DNA of 64,000 nucleotides, taken from sequence record MN871441.1. One strand, 5' to 3'. Position 1 is the stretch's first letter; every line of letters starts with the position of its first letter. Shown in pieces: positions 30,998 through 39,815 of the stretch. The notes beneath the pieces were generated by a model. It saw nothing but the letters and a program-made list of their open reading frames with translations, had not been told where the DNA came from and ran no database searches. The position numbers and the translations under genes were made by a program.

Positions 30998-32000
30998 ATG
31001 ATTTTTGTAAAATATAACTCTCTTGAGAACCACTATCGTCAAAACGTCATCGACTCTTTTGCAACTTCCGGATATACTGCAAAGGGTGTTGAATGGGTTG
31101 CAATGGAAAAGATTCATGGTACTAATTTTCAACTTGCTGTAAATGATGAACATGTACAGGCTGGTCGTCGAACTGATCTTCTTGGTGATTTTGACCAGTT
31201 TTATGAAGCAGACCTGATTGTAAAGAAATATCATGATAATGCCCGAAAAGTATACAANTTTGTTAAACAAAAACANCCAGAAGTTGATCAAGTNACAATC
31301 TTCGGGGAATATGCNGGTAATCTTACTACTGGAAAAATGATTCAAAAAGAAGTAGAGTATGGAGATCAAGACTTTTATGTAGTTTGATATCTTCATTTTC
31401 TCTGGTGAAACTGGAATGTACCTCTCCCACGATTTCGTTATGGATGCAATCGATGGGATCTTCAAACATGCCCCTGTTATCTACCGTGGGGATTTCGATG
31501 GTGTAACAAAACTCCCGAACGACTTCCAATCAGTTGTTATCCAAAGCAACAAAGCAGGAAAATTCGATCTTGTTGAAGGAACTGATAACATTGCGGAGGG
31601 GTTTGTTGCGAAGACAGTAGACCCACATTATACCCGTCAAGGTCGGACTATTTTCAAATCTAAAAACTCCAAGTTTACAGAGAAAGGGAAATCTGACAAA
31701 CCGGTAAAGGTAAAAGAGCCTCTGGGTGAATCAGATCTTGCTATGGTTCATGAGATTGCTGAATATATCAACGTGAATCGTCTTAAAAATGTCCTCAGTA
31801 AGATTGGGATCCCTACCACCAAAGAGTTTGGTAAGGTTTCTGGTAACCTCTCGAAAGACGCAATTGAAGATTTCACGAAGGATACCAACAAAAACCTACG
31901 AGATGCAGAACGACCTTCTGATGTGGGTAAAGCAGTGAACAACCTAGCAGGGGAACTTGTTCGGGAACACTGGATGAATATCCTTGATGGAAATTTCTAA
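30998..32000 (+). CDS. rnlB: RNA ligase 2 (one-base insertion near 31382 splits the ORF)
   Basis: KYNSLENHY, EKIHGTNF (KxHG), FGEY, DFYV|FDI, AEGFVAK, KSKNSKFTEK, LKNVLSKIG. Confidence 0.93.
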
Positions 32001-32060
32001 AAATAAATGAAAAAAAAAAAAAAAAAAAAAAACGAAACAAGAGACAAAAAGGAACGAACC

Positions 32061-32696
32061 ATGAACAACGAAAAATTCAATGAAATTATGGAAAACGTAG
32101 TTGGTATGGTTGAAGCCGGTTTTGTTTCTAAGGCCGGTCAGAAACGCGCCCTGAACGAATGCGCAAAAATGATGGAACTGGTGCGGGCCGAATTCTCTTC
32201 TTTCTATCTGGACTCCATCAACATCGAACAGCGTAATATGAATCTTCCGGAACACGAAGCAGCGGTAGACCTTTATTATGCACAACCAAACACCGCGACT
32301 TTCGCCAAATATCTGGTAAAAGCAGAAAAAGCAATGCCTTGGATGGATAAAGCTCTGTGTGAAGAATTGGTTTCTATGGGTGAACAGGTTGTTGCTATGA
32401 TTGCAACAGTTAAAAACGCTCCCATCAACCAACCAGAACCGAAAGTTAGCGAGAAGGAAGCCGTTATCAAGAAAAACATCATGGAGATCATGGAACTTCG
32501 GGGTGAACAGTTCAACCGGTGTCTTCGTTTGGATGAGATGTTTGGTCGGATGATGGTAACCGCTAACGTTCACCTTGTTCGTGGACACAAAGGTACTGTG
32601 TTTGTTCGCGCCTTCTACTACGTTTGTGGACACCTGACTCCCCTGAATGTCATCATTGCTGCTATGGAAGAAGCAGCAAAAAAAGAAACAAAATAA
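32061..32696 (+). CDS. Hypothetical phage protein (211 aa)
   Basis: ORF after a poly-A fill, SD AAGGA; C-terminal H.V..HKGTVF.R.FYY..G.LTPLNVIIAA. Confidence 0.75.
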   Translation: MNNEKFNEIMENVVGMVEAGFVSKAGQKRALNECAKMMELVRAEFSSFYLDSINIEQRNMNLPEHEAAVDLYYAQPNTATFAKYLVKAEKAMPWMDKALCEELVSMGEQVVAMIATVKNAPINQPEPKVSEKEAVIKKNIMEIMELRGEQFNRCLRLDEMFGRMMVTANVHLVRGHKGTVFVRAFYYVCGHLTPLNVIIAAMEEAAKKETK

Positions 32697-32717
32697 CTTT
32701 AAATTGAGGAATGAAAA

Positions 32718-33146
32718 ATGAAAAAGCGGTTTGTTAGTTTTGCTATCTTAGGTGCTATGTGTGCTATTAGTGTGGTACAGGTTAATGCGGCATCTTTTGA
32801 CTGTGAGAAAGCATCGAGTAAAATAGAGCGAACTATTTGTGCAGACGAACGGCTGAGTGAATCAGATGAGAAACTGAATTCTGTTTATAAAGAAGTTCGA
32901 AAAATTAACCCAGCGATCATCGAAGGTCAGCGAGATTGGGTCAAACGTCGTAATAAAGCATCTTCAATCGAAGAACTTGACCAACTCCATGAAACACGGA
33001 TCCAAGAACTTGAGGCCATGCTTAAACCAATCATCGAACAAGATGATGAAAGTGTATTCACCCGTGCGGAAAAACCAAAAATCAAGAAAGTGTCTGTTGT
33101 TGTTGAAAATAAAAACGTAGTGAAAGACATTAAATATTATGTATGA
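32718..33146 (+). CDS. Secreted LprI/DUF1311-like (lysozyme-inhibitor family) protein
   Basis: Signal peptide MKKRFVSFAILGAMCAISVVQVNA, then ASFDCEKASSKIERTICADERLS..DEKLNSVY..QRDWVKRRN. Confidence 0.75.
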   Translation: MKKRFVSFAILGAMCAISVVQVNAASFDCEKASSKIERTICADERLSESDEKLNSVYKEVRKINPAIIEGQRDWVKRRNKASSIEELDQLHETRIQELEAMLKPIIEQDDESVFTRAEKPKIKKVSVVVENKNVVKDIKYYV

Positions 33147-33416
33147 CTAGGTAAGGACGGATTCTTTTCTGCAAAAGAAGTTGGGAAGGGTTACCCTAGC
33201 TGGTTAAAAGGTTGTGGGATGATGGTAGGAGAAGTACACGGTACAAAATACTTCATCAACGACGCCAAGAAATATGGTCAATTTGATATCTATGTTAATA
33301 ATGAGCATAGCTTTAAAATTGTTGCTGCAAACATGATGATCAAATATATGGTGGATTCCGTAAAAGGTGATTTGGGTCTTGTTAAAATCATGTGTGATTC
33401 CGGAGAATTATATTAA
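33147..33416 (+). CDS. Open frame continuing in frame after the LprI stop (or independent 65-aa ORF from 33219)
   Basis: No stop from 33147 to TAA 33414-33416; same frame as 32718. Confidence 0.5.
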   Translation, partial: LGKDGFFSAKEVGKGYPSWLKGCGMMVGEVHGTKYFINDAKKYGQFDIYVNNEHSFKIVAANMMIKYMVDSVKGDLGLVKIMCDSGELY

Positions 33417-33682
33417 TGAACCCAAAAGCTCGTGAATTGATGATAGAGCTATTCAATAGCGGGATCGAGTGTAGGTTGGTATCTTCATCCACAAGCTCTT
33501 ATATCGACGTACAGGGGCATATGGTGAGGGTTTCAGACCACGGAGGTCATTCTAAGTTCAAAGGAACTCAGATCCGAAAAGATCATGGCTATAAAAAGAC
33601 CAAATATGGCATGATCTTTGGGTATAACGAGATTGGGATGGCAGTAAAATATCTCAAATCCCTAAATACATTAACAAACTAA
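33416..33682 (+). CDS. Hypothetical protein (88 aa)
   Basis: Coupled ORF (TAATG overlap); VRVSDH motif. Confidence 0.65.
   Translation: MNPKARELMIELFNSGIECRLVSSSTSSYIDVQGHMVRVSDHGGHSKFKGTQIRKDHGYKKTKYGMIFGYNEIGMAVKYLKSLNTLTN
33661..33668 (+). promoter_or_regulatory. Late promoter CCTAAATA (inh)
   Basis: Exact motif ~30 nt upstream of the inh ATG. Confidence 0.8.
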
Positions 33683-33694
33683 GAGGAATGCGAA

Positions 33695-34492
33695 ATGGCA
33701 TTGAATTATGTAGAAGAACCAGTAGAAAAAGAAACTAAACCAAAAAAGTCTACTGTGAAAAAACAAAAAGAACTTGACCTTGGGGTAATCAACGAAATTG
33801 TTGATGCTAATACCGCACCAGAAGCGAAAGCGAAAATTCAAGCATATGCTAAGGAATGTGGTTTTAAAATTAGCAAGTCTAATACTTCGGTTGACGATAT
33901 GATCGTTAAACTCCTTGAAATGGCGGACGCCAAAGAGAATGAAAAACTGGACCTTGCACCGGAACCGAAAGAAAAAACCCCTTTTGTCGAACCAGTTGTA
34001 GTCGATGATGAATTCGACAATGTAGAAGAGGTTATTGAACTTGGTGTGGTTGAATCAATCAAAATTGATGATGGGGTGGTTAATATCAATACTCCTAACG
34101 ATGTTAAAATTGAATTCACTCCACCGAAACAACCAGAATATATTGATGCTTCTGGGTTTAAAACTCTCGACGAATTAATTGAAGATGAAAAGAAGTTCGT
34201 TAAAGAAAAAATGAATTTGGAAACTACTAAAGATACCCAAGAACCGGATTTGACTTATGGTTTCAAGCCGAAAGTAAATCTGATTGGTGCTGTTGGTAAC
34301 CAATACCTAAATTGCCCGTATTGGATTCTTGATTGGATCCTTGAGAAAGGACCGTCTTGGAAGAGTATTATTGATACTCATGAACGCGAACCGGATAAAG
34401 CACTTCTGAAAACAGTTCTTTATTACATCCAGATTAATGGTAGTGTGACATTGCGCGAGAGTCGTAATTCTCGTTTCCATACCATTTACTAA
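33695..34492 (+). CDS. inh: Inhibitor of prohead protease
   Basis: EAKAKIQAYAKECGFKI; C-terminal PYWILDWI..WKS..LYYIQINGSVTLRESRNSRF. Confidence 0.92.
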   Translation: MALNYVEEPVEKETKPKKSTVKKQKELDLGVINEIVDANTAPEAKAKIQAYAKECGFKISKSNTSVDDMIVKLLEMADAKENEKLDLAPEPKEKTPFVEPVVVDDEFDNVEEVIELGVVESIKIDDGVVNINTPNDVKIEFTPPKQPEYIDASGFKTLDELIEDEKKFVKEKMNLETTKDTQEPDLTYGFKPKVNLIGAVGNQYLNCPYWILDWILEKGPSWKSIIDTHEREPDKALLKTVLYYIQINGSVTLRESRNSRFHTIY

Positions 34493-34497
34493 TATCT

Positions 34498-34522
34498 AGC
34501 CATCCTACGGGGTGGCTTTTTT
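34498..34522 (+). terminator. Terminator after inh
   Basis: gccatcc-tacg-gggtggc-tttttt. Confidence 0.85.
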
Positions 34523-34573
34523 GTATCCCTAAATACTAATTGACCATTTTGGTCAATATAATAAGGGTGTTAA

Positions 34574-34795
34574 ATGGAATACAATTTCATCGAAGTTAAT
34601 GAAAATACTTTTGTTCTTACTGGATATTTCGGTTCTTATAATTTGATTGAAAGGTGGAAAAGACTTGAAGAAGATGACCATTTGATGATCGAGAAGATAA
34701 AGGAATATTTGGAGAGGGGAGATATTGTGGTTGTACATGATGTACAAGAAGATTTATTCGTTAAACTAGATGGAGATAAATTTTACGTTTTTTGA
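34574..34795 (+). CDS. Hypothetical protein (73 aa) downstream of CCTAAATA at 34528-34535
   Basis: SD AAGGG; followed by terminator gaggtgatc-gaga-gatcaccttttttt at ~34841-34867. Confidence 0.6.
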   Translation: MEYNFIEVNENTFVLTGYFGSYNLIERWKRLEEDDHLMIEKIKEYLERGDIVVVHDVQEDLFVKLDGDKFYVF

Positions 34796-34889
34796 TTTCG
34801 TATTGTATCAGACATTACGAATATTTTTAACTTTTATATTGAGGTGATCGAGAGATCACCTTTTTTGTATCTTTTATATACAAAAATAA

Positions 34890-35012
34890 TTAGTTTCACT
34901 TGCAATCAAAGTATAAAATCTCTATAAGTATTTATATAGAATAAGCGAAGCGAACAGGCGGCTACGCCGTCTCACTACGTTCGAGAACTATTTATTTATA
35001 ATGCTATTTAGG
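34890..35012. other. Non-coding structured element flanked by convergent promoters (candidate origin or small RNA)
   Basis: TTGCAA-17-TATAAG (plus); GCGAAGC, aggcggc-tac-gccgtct and actacgt hairpins at 34945-34985; TATAAATA (34929, 34993) and CCTAAATA (35005) on minus. Confidence 0.55.
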
Positions 35013-35029
35013 TGTGTTAAAATACCATC

Positions 35030-35632
35030 ATGAAAAGGAAAATTGTAACTCTTATAGGAACCAGATATCCTAATGAAGAGTATAAACAGTTGATGATAAG
35101 AATTGGAAAAGCTTTTTCTGATCGTGGATATGGTGCTAGGTCTGGTGGTGCCATTGGTTCTGATACGCTTTTCCTAACCGAATATGACCCAGCATTAACC
35201 GTTGTATATCGTCCTGATGATAGACCCGGTTGTGTTAATGTCAAAAATCATGAAAACTATTATGAATTTGAATTACTTGCTTCCCGTGTTCATGGGTCTG
35301 GTATTGGATGGGAATTTATGCCAATTGGTCACCAAGAATTACACGCTAGGAACGTTCCTCAAGTTATGGGATTAAATCTCAAGTCTTATTCTGACTTAGT
35401 TGTATTTTGTGCAGAAGAATCGATACATGGTACTGTATCTGGTGGAACTGCTACTGCGGTTAAAATAGCAAGAAGCCTAAATATACCTACCCTAAACATT
35501 ATGAACCCGGTTCAAAGATCAAAACTTTGTAAGTGGTTAGGTATTGATGATATACCAAAAAAAAAAAATACTAGGCGACACCGATACATTGTGGAAAGAA
35601 GAACCAGAAAAGGTTNAACNGGTTTGGACTAA
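35030..35632 (+). CDS. SLOG-superfamily (DprA/Smf-like) protein; C-terminus corrupted by a duplicated segment
   Basis: TLIGTR, RSGGAIGSD, HARNVPQVMG, GGTATAVKIA..IPTLNI. Confidence 0.75.
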   Translation: MKRKIVTLIGTRYPNEEYKQLMIRIGKAFSDRGYGARSGGAIGSDTLFLTEYDPALTVVYRPDDRPGCVNVKNHENYYEFELLASRVHGSGIGWEFMPIGHQELHARNVPQVMGLNLKSYSDLVVFCAEESIHGTVSGGTATAVKIARSLNIPTLNIMNPVQRSKLCKWLGIDDIPKKKNTRRHRYIVERRTRKGXXGLD

Positions 35633-35701
35633 ACATGTAACATNTNTAATCGATCACCCTGATTCTGACATTGTGGATAATAACAATAAACGAGGTTGAA
35701 A

Positions 35702-35976
35702 ATGAAAAGCTCACCACGTAAGATCGCCAGAACTGCGCATGATGCGATTCGACGGTTTAAATTTAAATACTAGGCGACACCGATACATTGTGGAAAGAAG
35801 AACCCGAAAAGGTTAAACGGGTCTGGACTAAACATGTAACATATATAATCGACCACCCTGATTCTGATAAAAAAAAGCTCGAACTGTTCATGAGCTTTGG
35901 AGAAATTATAAAGAGGGAGAAGGTTGGATATTTGGTGAAGATAAATCTAGAGACGAGAAAACCCATCCATGTTTGA
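35702..35976 (+). CDS. Small hypothetical protein (~90 aa, frameshifted in this sequence)
   Basis: SD GAGG, MKSSPRKIARTAHDAIRRF, then shifts into ILGDTDTLWKEEPEKVKR..KPIHV. Confidence 0.5.
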
Positions 35977-36054
35977 CATCTTACGATGAATTACATGAAA
36001 TAGAAAAGATGAAATATTATATTTTCATCGAAACTGTTCTTGAGCAATCAAAAT

Positions 36055-36092
36055 AAAAAAGCCCCGACCTAAAAAGGTTGGGGCTTTCTTTT
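36055..36092. terminator. Bidirectional terminator
   Basis: aaaaaagccccgacc-taaaaa-ggttggggctttctttt. Confidence 0.8.
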
Positions 36093-36219
36093 ATCCAGAA
36101 TAAAGCTTCTACAATTTAATACTAGGCGACACCGATACATTGTGGAAAGAAGAACCAGAAAAGGTTAAACGGGTTTGGACTAAACATGTAACATATATAA
36201 TCGATCACCCTGATTCTGA

Positions 36220-36304
<85 letters not shown>

Positions 36305-36322
36305 TTTTATCTGGAAAATTAA

Positions 36323-37874
36323 TTATGCGTAATCTTTCATTTCGACCATACACATACGAGCCAATTGAGACTTGTTGGCGGCACCTACCCAATCTTCCCC
36401 ATCATATACCTTAGCCGGGTTGATCGATATAAGGACTGTAATAAACAGCACTTACTGTATCAACACTATCATCAAATTTAGCTTTAACACCAACCAGCAT
36501 ATAATGGACTGGTGTTTTTGTATCAACAATCAATTTCATTTTAGTACCGATAATTCGGTGTTGATCGTCAACTAATCCAGACGTTTGAAGATTCAATTTT
36601 TCTGAAATCTGGGCTAGTAGATAGAGCGTATCTTGAGATAATACCAACTACAGGTTGTAGTGCGTCCGGATCGGCAGCAACCATAAAAGTCCCCGCTTCA
36701 TCTTCTTCGAACATNATAAGGACTGTAATAAACAGCACTTACTGTATCAACACCTTCATCAAATTTAGCCTTAACACCAACCAACATATAATGAACAGGA
36801 GTCTTTGAATCAACAACCAATTTCATTTTAGTACCGATAATTCGGTGTTGATCGTCAACTAGTCCAGACGTTTGTAAGCAGAAGCAAGAATATAAGTCGG
36901 TTTGAATGTGGTATCCAAAGTAATTTGTGCAGCCATACGACATGCACGAGCAACAAGATCACGACCAGCAAAATATTCAGTGGTTGCTACATTGTACGGG
37001 GTTGCTTTAACTTCTTTAGATGCAACGATCGATATAAGGACTGTAATAAACAGCACTTACTGTATCAACACCTTCATCAAATTTAGCCTTAACACCAACC
37101 AACATATAATGAACAGGAGTCTTTGAATCAACAACCAATTTCATTTTAGTACCGATAATTCGGTGTTGATCGTCAACTAGTCCAGACGTTTGTAGTTACC
37201 AGCTTCATGATAATATCGCTGTTAATTTCTTCTGCGATGGCGACAGACAATAGATCTTCTACTGCGGCATCACCATCCATATTCATACCACCCATATCTT
37301 GAAGAAGTTCTAGAGTGATGTTAGATTTTAGTTTGCGACTACGAACAACGGATTTCCATTTGTTCATTACATATCTGGTTTTTTGGATTTCTTTATCTTC
37401 TTGTGTGTTCGGTACAATTGCGTCAACAACAAGACGAAGGTTACCAGTAAAGACATTCTCAAAAAGAGAATTCAAATCACCGGAGTAATCACCATCATTG
37501 ATAACTTGGAACACATAACCTTCACTGGCAAAATATGTTTTTGATACCATACTAGCACTACCGGCTGGTAATGCAGCAACGGCGGCCATATCAAATTCAC
37601 CACCATAATTACGGTTGTCAAGGTTAATATCCCGATGACTTTGATTGTCTTCGCTAATATACTCGTAACGTACACCAAATACGTTTGCTACTGGGTCTGT
37701 AGTTGGTTGAACACCAGCAAGCTCATCATAAATTTTATTAAATGTTTTGCGAGTTAGTGAAACTAAAGAAGGGCGACCCGTTACGATATCACCACTACTA
37801 GATTCAACCAACCGCCCGGACATACCAGACTCTTTAATTAGGTCTTGTATTTTTTTGGAGACTACTTTAGCCAT
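36323..37874 (-). CDS. gp24: Capsid vertex protein gp24 (scrambled by three copies of a 159-bp internal segment)
   Basis: GRPSLVSLTR, VQPTTDPVA; pieces ..TYILAS, SAVYYSPY, DPDALQPVVGIISRYALS, end ..MKDYA-TAA at 36323. Confidence 0.9.
36429..37192. repeat. 159-bp gp24 segment in three copies (36429-36587, 36716-36874, 37034-37192)
   Basis: The latter two are identical; the first is an allelic variant (I/V, T/S, DS/EG). Confidence 0.85.
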
Positions 37875-37897
37875 TTTTAAGATTCCTCTTTTTCTTT

Positions 37898-37952
37898 TAT
37901 TTAGGGCTCATTCATTGGTTGACTGTATGAACTCTATCTAGTATTATTTAGA
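37898..37952 (-). promoter_or_regulatory. Late promoters for gp24: CCTAAATA (37898-37905) and TCTAAATA (37945-37952)
   Basis: Exact motifs. Confidence 0.75.
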
Positions 37953-37966
37953 CCAGTAAGAAAAAC

Positions 37967-37995
37967 GAAAAGGGAACCCGAAGGTTCCCTTATTT
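37967..37995 (-). terminator. Terminator after gp23
   Basis: Minus strand aagggaacc-ttcg-ggttccctttt. Confidence 0.9.
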
Positions 37996-38007
37996 TTGGA
38001 TTTGCTA

Positions 38008-39690
38008 TTAGGCACCCAGAACACGTACACGACGGTAGAAGGAGTTCTTACCGAAGATTGCAGCACCCGGCATACCGGAAGTGATCTTGGAGAAGCCTTT
38101 GTTCTTGGAACCGTCAGCGAACGGGTGCAGTTTAACACCGTAACGGGTCTTGAAGCCAAGAATGGTAGCGAAGGACTTAGGATCCACACCACGCAGCGGG
38201 CTCAACGGGACGTATGGGCAGTAGTACAGACCTGCATCCAGTTCGGAGCTACCCTTGAAGCCTACAGTGAAGTAATCTTCAACAGCGTACTGGTCGATGA
38301 AGACACGATACTTACCAGCCAGAACACCAGCGAACTGAGATACGGAGGTATCAGTGTTCAGCTTGGTAGTACCAGCAGCAGCCGGAGAAACCAGTTGGTC
38401 GGTGGAACCGAGCATTACGGCAACGTTACGGGAACAGATTACGAAGTTACCGTTACCACGACCGGTTTGACGACCGATTTCAGCAGCTTCCTTATCGATT
38501 TGGGTAACCAGAGCCTTGGCGCTCTCACCTTGCCAACGAGCACCACGAATGTCGTTCGGGTCGGCAAAGTTGAAGACACCAGCTTGACCACCATGTTGGT
38601 TAGTCCAACCGGTCTTACCAATTTGAGCGGTAGCGTTGATCCACAGGATCATTTCACGGTTGATTTCTAGCATGATTTCGTTAGCCAGAATGCTGGACAG
38701 TTCGCTATCTGCATCCAGACCATGAACGTTACGCAGGTCCTGAGCCAGTTCGATGGAGTACTGAGCTTTCAGTTGACGAGCCTTAGCTTCAACTACTTGC
38801 TTATCAATACGGAAACTCATTTCAGGCCACGGGTTATTGCTGGAACCATTAAAGTTCTCTTGCAGTTCCGCCATGGAGGTAGCCATACCTTCACCGATTT
38901 CAACCGCGATCTTGTCGTGGATTAGTTTCAGGTAACCAGCGGTTTTAACGTCAGCAGCAGTACCAGCAGTATAAGCGGTAACAAACTGAACAACCTTAGT
39001 ACCGGAGTTGGAATAAGCGTCTACTTCTTCATCCAGTTGGAAGCGAGCCAGATCACCGATTGCATAGGTTCCGTCTTTATCAAAAGCAGGAATCAGTGGG
39101 GCAGTGGCACCACGACCAGAGAAGCTGGAATCAGGTGCATATTGCGGGTGAAAAGCTTCGCGAGCTTGAGCATCCAGCGCATCAGTACCATAGATGGCAC
39201 GAAGGGTGAATACCTGACCAGCGGAAGAGGTCATCGGCTGAACACCACAGATATCAAAGGCAATCAGGTTGCTGATTGCACGACGAGCCAGACCCATAAC
39301 AGCCGGACCGACGTTGGTGATGTTACCGGAAGCTTCACCAGAGGCGATCTTAACAGCATCATAACCGTGGTCACCGACGATGTTAGCTTCGGTTAGCATG
39401 GTTTCCATCTCTTCACCGGTCAGTTCGCGACCTTCTGCCAGAGCAGCGGCTTGAGCTTCGTTCAGCATCTTTTTGGCTTCTGCCAGTTGAGCTTTACGAC
39501 CTTGAACGTCAACCATGGAGTCGATTACGGTTTGGTCGGTATATGCAGCACCGTCGTTACTCTTGATGTCTTCATATTGGTTTTCCATCAGACGAGCGAC
39601 GATATCCTTGCGCTTCATGGTAGCAATTTCCGGCATACCTTCTTTTTCAAGCAGCGGTTTCCACTTAGCGATAATAGCGGTCTTAGACAT
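38008..39690 (-). CDS. gp23: Major capsid protein gp23 (560 aa)
   Basis: KWKPLLE, EANIVGDHGY, IAFDICGVQPM, EMSFRIDKQ, AQDLRNVHG, YYCPYV, GFKTRYG. Confidence 0.99.
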   Translation of the reverse strand: MSKTAIIAKWKPLLEKEGMPEIATMKRKDIVARLMENQYEDIKSNDGAAYTDQTVIDSMVDVQGRKAQLAEAKKMLNEAQAAALAEGRELTGEEMETMLTEANIVGDHGYDAVKIASGEASGNITNVGPAVMGLARRAISNLIAFDICGVQPMTSSAGQVFTLRAIYGTDALDAQAREAFHPQYAPDSSFSGRGATAPLIPAFDKDGTYAIGDLARFQLDEEVDAYSNSGTKVVQFVTAYTAGTAADVKTAGYLKLIHDKIAVEIGEGMATSMAELQENFNGSSNNPWPEMSFRIDKQVVEAKARQLKAQYSIELAQDLRNVHGLDADSELSSILANEIMLEINREMILWINATAQIGKTGWTNQHGGQAGVFNFADPNDIRGARWQGESAKALVTQIDKEAAEIGRQTGRGNGNFVICSRNVAVMLGSTDQLVSPAAAGTTKLNTDTSVSQFAGVLAGKYRVFIDQYAVEDYFTVGFKGSSELDAGLYYCPYVPLSPLRGVDPKSFATILGFKTRYGVKLHPFADGSKNKGFSKITSGMPGAAIFGKNSFYRRVRVLGA

Positions 39691-39762
39691 TTTTGTTTTC
39701 CTTTTTGGATTTGAAATTTAATTTTCTGGGAGAAGAACCATTTCTTCTTTCCCTTACAAATA

Positions 39763-39770
39763 TATTTAGG
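39763..39770 (-). promoter_or_regulatory. Late promoter CCTAAATA (gp23)
   Basis: Exact motif, adjacent to hairpin ggggagttat...ataactcccc. Confidence 0.85.
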
Positions 39771-39815
39771 GGAGTTATTTCTAGTTATTTTTATAACTCC
39801 CCGTTAAACAGAAAA

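Noticed and set aside
34540-34562. TTGACC-ATTTT-GGTCAA palindrome with TATAAT as a promoter or operator
   Set aside because: The spacer of 11 nt is too short for sigma70, it is a single occurrence, and no cognate regulator is visible; at most a 5' hairpin of the late transcript.
36429-37192. gp24 repeats as a diversity-generating retroelement (TR/VR) or shufflon
   Set aside because: No reverse transcriptase or recombinase in the window, differences are not adenine-specific, and the copies destroy an essential reading frame.
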